Assembly: GCA_963715195.1 (NCBI GenBank)
Contig: CAVQRT010000014.1
Location: forward strand, 1-64,000
Length of the DNA stretch: 64,000 bases
Origin: Thermodesulfovibrionales bacterium
GTDB taxonomy: Bacteria > Nitrospirota > Thermodesulfovibrionia > Thermodesulfovibrionales > SM23-35
Direction of reading: 5' to 3'
Under the pieces are notes generated by a model, which ran no database searches, had not been told where the DNA came from, and saw only the letters and a program-made list of their open reading frames with translations. The translations under genes and the position numbers were made by a program. Positions 17,530 to 27,558 of the stretch are shown here, in pieces; position 1 is the stretch's first letter; each line of letters opens with the position of its first letter.

Positions 17530-20371
17530 CTAATCGCAGGCTCCACTATTGGGTGATACCGAGCAATTGTTCTTCTTTGCCGCAGTACATGCCTTTGAGC
17601 TTCCGGCTGGAATTCCGTCGTAGCAGACGTCCCATACCTCATTGCAAAGTTCCCTGTCGTGGCAATTATCCGGGAACGGTATGCAAGTGCATTCAATCGT
17701 AGATTCTTTACACAACAAGGTATCATTTTCTTCACAGTTTCCATACCAGCACTCATCGAAAATATATTGGCCGCCATTGTTCCAGCAATCGACTTCATCG
17801 AAAATCGGATTATTCGGCGAGTCGCAGTAAGCGTTAGCAGTTGCAAAGAGAGTGGATAAATAAGGGTCTCCTGAACAATCAGCTCCAAAGCCGCTGATGC
17901 AGCAGTTCAATGCCATTGCAGTCAAATGGAAGAACGGTTTGCCAGGATTGTCGCACATGGCCTCGAGGGCGGAATCGCAAGCGGTATCACACGTTGCATT
18001 AATTTTGCAGGAATCCGTGTCTTCTATGCCTGTTCCACACACCACTATGCAATCTTCACATTTATCGATTACATCCTTGGTAACGTTCCACGCGCCTTTT
18101 TCAATTCCAGCGTGTGTCATCCAGTAGCCAGGCGTGCGGCAGATTGCTAGAGTGCAAAGGTTTTCCGTTGGGCAGTCTGCACTTGAGCCGGTACATGACT
18201 GGCATAACTCGGTGTTGCACGGCGTCGTTGCAGGCTGAAAACCGTCTGATGGACAGTCAGCACTACCACCTGTGCAGCTCTCGGCTACGTCGCAGATGCC
18301 AGCTGAAGCACGGCACTCCGTCGTTGATGCTGCAAAACCGTCTGATGGACAGTCAGCACTACCACCTGTGCAGCTCTCGGCTACGTCGCAGATGCCAGCT
18401 GAAGCACGGCACTCCGTCGTTGATGCTGCAAAACCGTCTGATGGACAGTCAGCACTACCACCTGTGCAGCTCTCGGCTACGTCGCAGATGCCAGCTGAAG
18501 CACGGCACTCCGTCGTTGATGCTGCAAAACCGTCTGATGGACAGTCAGCACTACCACCTGTGCAGCTCTCGGCTACGTCGCAGATGCCAGCTGAAGCACG
18601 GCACTCCGTCGTTGATGCTGCAAAACCGTCTGATGGACAGTCAGCACTACCACCTGTGCAGCTCTCGGCTACGTCGCAGATGCCAGCTGAAGCACGGCAC
18701 TCCGTCGTTGATGCTGCAAAACCGTCTGATGGACAGTCAGCACTACCACCTGTGCAGCTCTCGGCTACGTCGCAGATGCCAGCTGAAGCACGGCACTCCG
18801 TCGTTGATGCTGCAAAACCGTCTGATGGACAGTCAGCACTACCACCTGTGCAGCTCTCGGCTACGTCGCAGATGCCAGCTGAAGCACGGCACTCCGTCGT
18901 TGATGCTGCAAAACCGTCTGATGGACAGTCAGCACTACCACCTGTGCAGCTCTCGGCTACGTCGCAGATGCCAGCTGAAGCACGGCACTCCGTCGTTGAT
19001 GCTGCAAAACCGTCTGATGGACAGTCAGCACTACCACCTGTGCAGCTCTCGGCTACGTCGCAGATGCCAGCTGAAGCACGGCACTCCGTCGTTGATGCTG
19101 CAAAACCGTCTGATGGACAGTCAGCACTACCACCTGTGCAGCTCTCGGCTACGTCGCAGATGCCAGCTGAAGCACGGCACTCCGTCGTTGATGCTGCAAA
19201 ACCGTCTGATGGACAGTCAGCACTACCACCTGTGCAGCTCTCGGCTACGTCGCAGATGCCAGCTGAAGCACGGCACTCCGTCGTTGATGCTGCAAAACCG
19301 TCTGGTGGACATGTCCCGTCGGCATTGCAGCTCTCGGCTACGTCGCAGATGCCAGCTGAAGCACGGCACTCCGTCGTCGCCGACTCGTGGTTCTCCTGGC
19401 AGACACCATATTCGTCACATGTGTCCGGGTTGTCGCACACAGTGTCGGAAGGATCACCGCAAGGCTCTCCTGGTTGCGGGATCTCCTGAAGTGTGATGTT
19501 CCGGCAGGTTTCGCCGAAAACGGTGCACTCCGTATTATCGGCGCAATCTGTCCCCGAACCACCGCCAGCCTCATTTAGACATTCACCCAAGCAGATATTC
19601 TCAAAACACGGGTCGGGGTTTTCGGTAGGGATGCATGCGCCCCCCAGAAGCCCGCAGAAACACTTCGAAGGGGTTTCATTCTGCACGTCCTCGCTGTCAG
19701 AGCAAATCAGAGCGTTCACTGAGTTCGACCACGTCTCGCAGTGATTGATGTCGACCAATCCGTCTGGCCCCGGTTCAGGGTTTTCTGGATCACCAGGGAC
19801 CGCGGTTTTGACGTCAATGCACGGGATTGTGACGTCTCCGAAAGCAATTTCGATAGTGGCATCCTTTGGGGGATCACCACAATCATCGCCGTCTAAGTTT
19901 GCTAGAGGGGGCTATTCGCTGAAGGCAAACCGCACGCATTGCCCGCTTTGAGAAAAGTTGCTGTCCGGGTCGGTGTCTGTAGAAGATAATACACTGCGTC
20001 ATAGCGCTGATTTTGCCCGGTCTGGAACTGCCCGACGGCCGAAAAAGTCACCGTGTCGAGACAGACCCCAGTTCCGCAAACTCCTCCCGGGGTGTTATGG
20101 GGTGCGTTGCAAGCTGTGTTGGTTTTTTTCCCCGAACTATCAAAACACCAGTTACCCAAGCCAGTACACCCCTCTGAGATACTAAGACTGCCAGACACGA
20201 TCGAGGTCAGCCTGACGTCGTTGGCTGTGCAGTTACTGTTGCCTCGGTGACTTCTGCCAGGCAGCCGTCCGGGAAGCCATCGTAATAGCCCGCCGCTGCC
20301 GGCAAAACACTGAATATGAGAAGTACCGACAGTGACAAAATACAACATCGAACTGTACTTTTTCTGCTCAT
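17530..20371 (-). CDS. large secreted cysteine-rich protein with disintegrin-like repeats; 5' part disrupted (frameshifts ~20250 and ~19990, in-frame TAG at 19914-19912)
   Basis: SD GGAGTG + ATG 20371 gives signal peptide MSRKSTVRCCILSLSVLLIFSVLPAAAG; CTANDVRL segment; the frame is open from 19911 to 17530; C-terminal CRTPGYW motif. Confidence 0.7.
18238..19377. repeat. coding tandem repeat: 11 identical 96-bp units plus one diverged unit
   Basis: Units start at 18238, 18334, ... 19198, with a variant at 19294; each encodes STTECRASAGICDVAESCTGGSADCPSDGFAA on the minus strand. Confidence 0.95.
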
Positions 20372-20826
20372 TTTTCACTCCTTTCTCTTTTTGTTTTTTT
20401 CTTACTCAAAACTCCCCTTGGTGCTCAAAGCAATTCTTTTGTGACATCACCTCCTTTGCTTGTGAGTTCTTAAGATCAAAAAGCACAATAGTCCCCATGA
20501 CGAAAACATGGGGTATACCCAAACGAGTCTGAAACTGCTCATATTCGAGGAAAATAAATCACTCGTGCGGTCTTATTTCCCCTCCCCTAGGACCTGACGT
20601 ATATGTATAGTTTTTTGCCTCTCATTTTTAGTTTATGAATAGAGAATTTTTTTTGTACAAGAATCTTGCTTTTTTTCTTGGTAATATTGCTATTTTGAAA
20701 ATATTTTTTGATTTAGGCATTCAAAAGGGCTGAAAGTTGGTCAGCAAGTCGACCTCGACTATTCTGAGCGTGACAGAAGCGGGAACTAGTGTCGGTGTTT
20801 CCGCATCTCTCTGATACAATATAATC

Positions 20827-21900
20827 ATGATCGATATTGCAAACCTTGCTGCCCAGGTAAAGAAAAACTGCAATATTTCTGATGCAAAGTTCTGGGGATA
20901 TTATTCCCTCTGCGGCATTCTGCTCAGGCTCAGGGAGCTATACCGGATCGAAGCCGGACTCAGACCGTATGAAAAGATTCACCAGGAGGATGTAGGTGCA
21001 TGGATGACCGACAGAGAAAGTCTCTGGCGGGAACTCGAACATAAGGATTATGAAAATATTTCGATAAACGGAAATCTCTTCAATCCCTTCGCCGTTGAAG
21101 GTATCAATGATGTATTGAGAGATGAAGGGTTGATCTACGGTGCAGGGTACGGCCTTCATATGAAGCCTTCTTTTTTCCTTGCCGATGTTCATTCAAAACA
21201 AGCAATCGACGGTTTTCATGTTTCCATAACCGGCAGAGAGTATGCACGAGACCTTTCGGATAATCCGGCGATGTTACAGGATCGCACTATCATTGTTCGT
21301 GCAGACACCATACGGCAGCTTCTCTGGCAGCGGTTTGAGGAGTTGCAGTGCAATAAGACGAAAGAAGCCCTCACCTTTGCATTCTCGCAATATGGAATAC
21401 ATTCTGAGGAAATGCCTTCAGAGGATATGTACGGGCGTATTCAGGGGGTCGCACACTCTGAAGCAGAAACCTATGTATATCATGAATTGGGAGAGGCAGT
21501 TGAAGGTATGAAGATAGGGGATAACTGGAAGCTCCTTCTCACCGATCTCTCCGACGGCAGGGCAGGGCTCTTCGCCCGCGGCGTAAAAGACGTGCTTGCT
21601 GATACCTCCGAAAAAGGCATGCTGCAGTACATCATCGATCAGAGGAAAGCAGGGTCGTTGGGGTTTTACCGTGTTTTCCTGGGCGGGATGAGAAAGATCA
21701 TCTTCCCGGAAATGTCCGGTGCTTTCAAGACCTTTTCTGAAACGAAAGACTGGGGCATAATCGACCAGGCCAGGAAGGAAGGGTACAGAAGGGCTGAACA
21801 GTATGTAAACCGATTGATTGAACTCTATCAGAAGAAAAGAGATGCCGCTGCTCTTGTTGAATCTATAGAGAACGAGTTACTGAAAGACTTGCTACCTTAA
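20827..21900 (+). CDS. conserved hypothetical protein (resembles the Sfum_1244-type family, from memory)
   Basis: 357 aa ORF; NCNISDA..G.YSLC..LLRLR, YGAGYG...KPSFFLA, HELGE motifs. Confidence 0.7.
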   Translation: MIDIANLAAQVKKNCNISDAKFWGYYSLCGILLRLRELYRIEAGLRPYEKIHQEDVGAWMTDRESLWRELEHKDYENISINGNLFNPFAVEGINDVLRDEGLIYGAGYGLHMKPSFFLADVHSKQAIDGFHVSITGREYARDLSDNPAMLQDRTIIVRADTIRQLLWQRFEELQCNKTKEALTFAFSQYGIHSEEMPSEDMYGRIQGVAHSEAETYVYHELGEAVEGMKIGDNWKLLLTDLSDGRAGLFARGVKDVLADTSEKGMLQYIIDQRKAGSLGFYRVFLGGMRKIIFPEMSGAFKTFSETKDWGIIDQARKEGYRRAEQYVNRLIELYQKKRDAAALVESIENELLKDLLP

Positions 21901-22035
21901 AAGCAGAAGTGCAGGCATTGCTCTCGCCGAGGAGAACCGAGGCGAGAATCCATACTAAAACCAAAGATGCCCGACTACAGGATGGACATGGCGAGAAAAC
22001 GATTATTTTCATGCTCCTTGTTGGCCAGGAACTCA

Positions 22036-22059
22036 CGTCATTCCCGCGCAGGCGGGAAT
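22036..22059. repeat. CGTC-tagged REP-like palindrome
   Basis: CGTCATTCCCGCGCAGGCGGGAAT; degenerate related palindromes at 21922-21951. Confidence 0.7.
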
Positions 22060-22145
22060 ATCAGACGAGGACATGAAAAATTCGGAAACTCCGCTCACAA
22101 AGATTCCTTGAATAATCATACCCCAACGGGTAGAATTATTTTTGC

Positions 22146-23432
22146 ATGAAAATTCTGAAAACAGAACGGGAGATAGAGGCCTTTCTCGCCATTCTCGAAG
22201 ACAGGGCTTCCGGCGGCGGCCGGGCAATTGAACAGAGCGTCAGAAGGATCCTGGATGATGTGAGAAAGGATGGCGACAGCGCTGTCCTCCGGTACACGAA
22301 GGGATTTGATTTTGCAGGGACAACCCGGCTTTCTGTCTCTCCCAGGGAAGTTTCGTGCTATGCTGCCCGGGCGGATAAAAAATTAATCAGGGCTCTCAAA
22401 GCCTCAGCGAAGAGAATCAAAGCATTCCATGAAAGACAGCGGGAGGAATCCTGGTCATTTACCGAAGATGGGGCTCTTCTCGGTCAGGTCATCAGGCCGA
22501 TCGAACGGGTAGGGGTCTATATACCCGGTGGAAAAGCTTCGTATCCTTCTACCGTCTTGATGAACGTTATCCCCGCCCAGGTTGCGGGAGTAAAGGAAAT
22601 AGCTCTCTGTGTGCCTGCACCACAAGGGGAGATGAATCCCTGTGTAATGGCAGCAATTCAAATGCTCGGTGTTCGGGAAGTATGGCGTATCGGTGGAGCC
22701 CAGGCAATCGGTGCGATGGCATACGGGACAAAAACAGTAAAAAAGGTGGACAAGATTGTCGGTCCGGGCAATATCTACGTGGCGACTGCCAAGAAGATGG
22801 TCTTCGGTATGGTTGATATCGACATGATTGCAGGGCCGAGCGAAATACTGATTATCGCAGACAATGCAGCAGACCCTGTATTTGTGGCAGCTGATCTGCT
22901 CAGCCAGGCAGAGCATGACGAACTTGCCTCATCCGTCCTGATAACGGATTCCCAACAGGTAGCAGGTAGTGTTCTTGCGGAATTGCAGGCACAGCTTGAT
23001 GCATTGAAGAGGAGAAAGATCGCACAAAAATCACTCGAAGCGTATGGGGCTATTATAATCACAAAAGACCTGCATAAGGCTGCGGAAATCGCTAACCGGA
23101 TTGCTCCCGAGCACCTTGAGATCATGACCGAGAGGCCACAACGGATGTTGCCGCTCATACGGAACGCGGGGGCTATTTTTCTGGGGAAATGGACACCAGA
23201 AGCCCTCGGGGATTATGCAGCGGGCCCGAACCACACGCTTCCAACCGGCGGGACCGCGCGGTTTTCGTCACCCCTCGGTGTGTATGACTTCATCAAACGT
23301 TCCAGTATCCTGAAATTTTCGAAGAAAGGGTTCAGCAATCTCGCTGAAACAGTGAGGAGAATCGCTGATGCCGAAGGACTTGAAGCGCATGGGAATACCG
23401 TAAGGGTGAGAGAAAGAAGGAAGGGAGATTAG
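22146..23432 (+). CDS. hisD: histidinol dehydrogenase
   Basis: GVYIPGG, GGAQAI, IDMIAGPSE, QAEHD, APEHLE, GDYAAGPNHTLPT. Confidence 0.96.
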   Translation: MKILKTEREIEAFLAILEDRASGGGRAIEQSVRRILDDVRKDGDSAVLRYTKGFDFAGTTRLSVSPREVSCYAARADKKLIRALKASAKRIKAFHERQREESWSFTEDGALLGQVIRPIERVGVYIPGGKASYPSTVLMNVIPAQVAGVKEIALCVPAPQGEMNPCVMAAIQMLGVREVWRIGGAQAIGAMAYGTKTVKKVDKIVGPGNIYVATAKKMVFGMVDIDMIAGPSEILIIADNAADPVFVAADLLSQAEHDELASSVLITDSQQVAGSVLAELQAQLDALKRRKIAQKSLEAYGAIIITKDLHKAAEIANRIAPEHLEIMTERPQRMLPLIRNAGAIFLGKWTPEALGDYAAGPNHTLPTGGTARFSSPLGVYDFIKRSSILKFSKKGFSNLAETVRRIADAEGLEAHGNTVRVRERRKGD

Positions 23433-23527
23433 AACCTTGATAGCGAAAAGGCTGATTGTTTGCATGTGTTGTGTGCTGTTCTGGATTGGTTGTTCAAAGC
23501 CCGCATAACCGGCTGAGTGGAAAACCG

Positions 23528-25951
23528 ATGAAGCAATCCATACTTGAGAATCTTCGTTCCCGCGTTGCGAAGCTTCCTCAGAACGCGACACCGAACGACT
23601 GGTACTTGGCCCTTTCTTTCGCAGTCAGAGACAGGATGATGCAGCAGTGGATTGATTCCCTTCAGAATTATACTGAAGATATTCCCGTCGTCGCATATTT
23701 GTCTGCTGAATTTCTCCTGGGACCGCAACTCAGGAATATCCTCGTTAACCTCGGTATGTATGACGAGGCTTTTGATGCCGCGAAGGAGTTGGGCATTCGT
23801 CTGGCCGACCTGCTGCAGCAGGAAGAAGAACCCGGACTCGGCAATGGTGGCAAAGGGGGCATCGCGGCCTGCACGATGGATTCACTTTCTACCCTTGAGG
23901 TGCCTGCAATTGCCTACGGTGTACGCTATGAATTCGGCTCCTTCAAACAGGAGATACGGGACGGGTGGCAGGTCGAAATGACTGATGCATGGCTCGCCTC
24001 AGGAAGCCCCTGGGAGATTCTGCGCCCGGAGATAGCATATGCGATAAAACTGGGCGGCTCCACCGAGTCGTATTATGATGAGCAGGACTGCTTTCGTGTG
24101 CGATGGATTCCCAAATTTTCTGTGAAAGGCACAGCCTACGATACTCCGGTAACAGGATATAAAGGTGGTATGACGAATCTGCTGCGCCTCTGGAAGGCAG
24201 AGGCCATAGAATCCTTTGATTTTGAAGCATTGAAAACAGGAGATTACTTCGGAGCACTCAACGAGAAGATTGCTTCACAATCGGTCAGCAAGATCCTCTA
24301 TCCCGATGACGAGCCTTATGCCGGCAAACAGTTGCGGCTTGCACAGCAGTATTTCTTCGTCTCCTGCGCTCTCCAGGACATGATCCGGCTGCACCTCCTG
24401 CGCTGGAAGCCTATACACAGCTTCTCTGATTCCTTTGCGGTTCATCTCAATGATACCCCACCTGCGGTCGCTGTGGCGGAACTGATGAGACTCCTGGTGG
24501 ATGAGCACCTGGTGAGCTGGGACAAAGCATGGTACATCACGCAGAATACCTTTACCCATACAAACCATACCATGCTTTTTGAAGCCCTTGAAAAATGGCC
24601 TGTCCAGCTTTTTGCCGGGATTCTTCCGAGACATCTCGAGATCATCTATGAGATCAACCGGAGGTTTCTCGACGAAATCTGCCTGATGTATCCGAACAAT
24701 AATGAGGAACTTTCCCGGTTTTCGCTCATCGATGAGAACGACCAGAAGTATGTCCGCATGTCTCATCTCGCGGCGCTCGGTGGACGCGCGATCAACGGGG
24801 TTTCGAATATGCAATCGGATCTGCTCAAGAAGACTCTGTTCCCGGAATTTTATGGGCTCTACCCGGAGAGGTTTTTTCAGGTAACGAACGGGGTGTCCCC
24901 GAGGCGCTGGATTGTCGCCTGCAATCCCTGTCTCTCCGGACTTATCACCGGTACAATCGGAGACCGCTGGATCGACGACCTGCAGGAGATACAGCAGCTT
25001 GAAACCTATGCATCCGATCCGGCCCTCATACAGAAATGGCAGGAAATGAAGCGTGAAAACAAAGCCGGACTCGGATCCATTATCCGCGAAAAAACGGGAA
25101 TTTCCGTCGACCCCGGCACCTTGTTTGATATTCAGATAAAGCGACTCCACGAATCGAACCGCCAGCATCTCAATTTGCTCCATATCCTCACGCTTTTTAA
25201 CAGGGTCAAGAAGAGTCCTCAGACAGACATAACACCCCGCACATTCATATTCGGGGGTAAGGCATCACCCGGGTATTTTCTTGCACAGCTCATTCTCAAA
25301 CTGATCAATTCTGCTGCAGGGATAATCAACAATGACCCGGATGTGGCGGGACGCCTGAAGGTTGTTTTCATTCCCGACCTGAATATGAAAAATTATCAGA
25401 ATATCTGCCCGGCAGCCGACCTCTCAGAACAGATTGCCACAGCGGGGCGTGAAGCCTCCGGCACCGGAAGCATGAAGCTGGCCATGAACGGCGCATTGAC
25501 TGTCGGGTCGTTGAATGGAACGACTCTTGAAATCGCAGCAGATGTCGGGAACGAAAATCTTTTCCTCTTCGGGTTGACCGCTGAAGAAGTTGCAGCCGCG
25601 AAATCGCATGGCTACAATCCCATGGATTCCTATCGTGCACATGCAGAATTGAAAGAGGTTATCGATCTCATCAGTTCAGGAATTTTTCTGAAGCAGGATG
25701 CAACCCTCTTCAAGCCTTTGCTTGACTCACTCCTCAATCGTGACGAATACATGGTTCTTGCTGATTACCAGTCGTATATCGACTGCCAGAATCGGGTGAG
25801 TGCTGCATTCGGAGATCAAAAGAAGTGGACACAGATGTCGATCCTTACCGTTGCGCGCATGGGGCGGTTTTCATCGGACCGTGCTGTTCGTGAATACTGT
25901 GAAAAAATCTGGCATGTTGCGCCGCTGAAAAGAGACAGCGAGAATATGTGA
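23528..25951 (+). CDS. glgP: glycogen/starch phosphorylase family (GT35) protein with atypical active site
   Basis: YLSAEFLLG, EPGLGNGG, LRLAQQYF, TNGVSPRRW, FIFGGKA, EASGTG.MK, FSSDRAV; several catalytic motifs are substituted. Confidence 0.88.
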   Translation: MKQSILENLRSRVAKLPQNATPNDWYLALSFAVRDRMMQQWIDSLQNYTEDIPVVAYLSAEFLLGPQLRNILVNLGMYDEAFDAAKELGIRLADLLQQEEEPGLGNGGKGGIAACTMDSLSTLEVPAIAYGVRYEFGSFKQEIRDGWQVEMTDAWLASGSPWEILRPEIAYAIKLGGSTESYYDEQDCFRVRWIPKFSVKGTAYDTPVTGYKGGMTNLLRLWKAEAIESFDFEALKTGDYFGALNEKIASQSVSKILYPDDEPYAGKQLRLAQQYFFVSCALQDMIRLHLLRWKPIHSFSDSFAVHLNDTPPAVAVAELMRLLVDEHLVSWDKAWYITQNTFTHTNHTMLFEALEKWPVQLFAGILPRHLEIIYEINRRFLDEICLMYPNNNEELSRFSLIDENDQKYVRMSHLAALGGRAINGVSNMQSDLLKKTLFPEFYGLYPERFFQVTNGVSPRRWIVACNPCLSGLITGTIGDRWIDDLQEIQQLETYASDPALIQKWQEMKRENKAGLGSIIREKTGISVDPGTLFDIQIKRLHESNRQHLNLLHILTLFNRVKKSPQTDITPRTFIFGGKASPGYFLAQLILKLINSAAGIINNDPDVAGRLKVVFIPDLNMKNYQNICPAADLSEQIATAGREASGTGSMKLAMNGALTVGSLNGTTLEIAADVGNENLFLFGLTAEEVAAAKSHGYNPMDSYRAHAELKEVIDLISSGIFLKQDATLFKPLLDSLLNRDEYMVLADYQSYIDCQNRVSAAFGDQKKWTQMSILTVARMGRFSSDRAVREYCEKIWHVAPLKRDSENM

Positions 25952-25954
25952 GAA

Positions 25955-25989
25955 GGCTTCGGGGGTCAAGGTATTCAAGGATACACGTG
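25955..25989. repeat. degenerate octamer repeat, left arm only
   Basis: GGCTTCG GGGGTCAA GGTATTCAA GGATACAC GTG directly after the glgP stop. Confidence 0.5.
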
Positions 25990-26064
25990 GATACTTCAGG
26001 ATTATAAGCGTTCAGTCTGCGTCAGAAATCCTTTTACTATTGTATAAAGGAGGGAAAATCTGCA

Positions 26065-26787
26065 ATGAATACGAAGGGCTTATCAGAAATCGTTCAGTCC
26101 TCTTCGCTCCTCGGCCAAGTTGTTGGTGCGGAAAAACTTTTCCTGTCAGGCCGGAGGAAACGGGGCGAGGACCTTGAGAGTGCTGTAAGGTTTTTTCTCG
26201 AATTCCTGCATGGATTCGAGAGCTTTGAATTTGACGGCCCCTGTGTGACCCTATTCGGGTCGGCACGTTTTCAGGAACGGCACCGCTACTACGAACTCGC
26301 CCGCGAGCTGGGACGGGCGCTCGCCCAGGCAGGGTATGCTGTCATGACCGGCGGAGGCCCCGGGATTATGGAGGCTGCAAACAGGGGGGCTAAGGAAGGC
26401 GGGGGATTAAGTCTTGGATGCAATATCAAGCTCCCGTTTGAGCAGAAACCAAACCCCTACCTCGATAAGTTTATCGAATTTGAGCATTTTTTTGTGCGGA
26501 AAGTTATGCTGGTGAAATACTCCTCTGCGTTTGTCGTGATGCCGGGCGGGTTTGGTACGCTCGACGAGGCTTTTGAGGTGATAACGCTGGCCCAGACCGG
26601 CAAGCTTGAGCGGTTTCCGGTTGTGGGCATGGTCAGGGATTTTTGGGATCACCTTCGCCGTTTTATGAATGATACACTGCTGGCTGAGGGAACCATCAGC
26701 CGTGAGGATATGGATTTGATGCACGGGGCAAACACCGTTGAGGATGCGATTCGTATCATCCGTGGTCTTTCCCGGGGGAGTTTTTAG
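26065..26787 (+). CDS. LOG-family (Rossmann-fold) nucleotide phosphoribohydrolase
   Basis: VTLFGSAR, TGGGPGIMEAANRGA, FFVRK, PGGFGTLDE. Confidence 0.92.
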   Translation: MNTKGLSEIVQSSSLLGQVVGAEKLFLSGRRKRGEDLESAVRFFLEFLHGFESFEFDGPCVTLFGSARFQERHRYYELARELGRALAQAGYAVMTGGGPGIMEAANRGAKEGGGLSLGCNIKLPFEQKPNPYLDKFIEFEHFFVRKVMLVKYSSAFVVMPGGFGTLDEAFEVITLAQTGKLERFPVVGMVRDFWDHLRRFMNDTLLAEGTISREDMDLMHGANTVEDAIRIIRGLSRGSF

Positions 26788-26792
26788 CGCCT

Positions 26793-27089
26793 ATGGGGCA
26801 GGAGAGAGATACTGAACGGATCATTCGTGAGTTCAGATTACGACAGAGCAGGCAGTTCATTGCCATAGGGCTGACACTTTTTCTGCTGTTGCTTCTGGCT
26901 TTGCTCTATACCCGGTCCGATATCTTCGGGGTATTTTCGAAAAGCACCATCTTTCTGATGCAAATCGTCATAATCGCCTTATTCATCGGCTTCAGCGCGT
27001 TGAACTGGAGGTGTCCGTCATGCAACAAATATCTGGGGAGCGACATCAACAGGCGAATGTGTAAACACTGCAGGGCCAGACTGGGGTAA
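26793..27089 (+). CDS. small membrane protein with C-terminal zinc ribbon
   Basis: Two hydrophobic helices, then NWRCPSCNKYLG..CKHC. Confidence 0.75.
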   Translation: MGQERDTERIIREFRLRQSRQFIAIGLTLFLLLLLALLYTRSDIFGVFSKSTIFLMQIVIIALFIGFSALNWRCPSCNKYLGSDINRRMCKHCRARLG

Positions 27090-27176
27090 GATAAAAAAAG
27101 CATAGACAAGAAAGATGACAGACATATATGCACGACATAAAATGTCTTTTCTGATTCTACGTGGAGGTTAAATTTT

Positions 27177-27512
27177 GTGGGGAGCCGAAAAAGGATAACA
27201 TTCAGGAAAAAACAGGCAAAAAAGCCCGCAGAAGACAAACCCGTCGATGAAATCGTCAGGGAATTAAAAGAGCGCAGTGTGAGCACATCCGACTACCGGG
27301 AACAATCACTCAAAATACACGGGTTTATCTGCGCCAAATGCGGGAGGGAGTTTAGCCCCAAGGACCGGCGTCTTCTTACGGTGCATCATAAGGACGGGAA
27401 CCGCCTCAATAATCCTGCTGATGGTTCCAACTGGGAGAACCTCTGTATTTATTGCCATGAGGACGAACACAGCAGGGCGATACTGGGAGATTATCTGAGA
27501 GGGAAAAGCTGA
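27177..27512 (+). CDS. YajD-family HNH nuclease
   Basis: YREQSLK..CAKCGREF..LTVHHKDGN..NN..DGSNWENLCIYCH.DEH. Confidence 0.88.
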   Translation: MGSRKRITFRKKQAKKPAEDKPVDEIVRELKERSVSTSDYREQSLKIHGFICAKCGREFSPKDRRLLTVHHKDGNRLNNPADGSNWENLCIYCHEDEHSRAILGDYLRGKS

Positions 27513-27558
27513 TGTTGCCCTTGTGATTTATCCACTGTCAAGGTCGTATAATATATGT

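Noticed and set aside
18238..19377. CRISPR array
   Set aside because: The units are contiguous identical 96-mers with no unique spacers, they are in frame within a protein, and no cas genes are present
18114..19496. Long plus-strand ORFs of 460 and 405 aa
   Set aside because: Shadow frames of a stop-free 96-bp repeat. The minus-strand frame has the signal peptide, Cys pattern and terminator
27177..27512. HNH nuclease as a defence or mobile-element gene
   Set aside because: It matches the stand-alone YajD type, and no methylase, repeat array or integrase is adjacent
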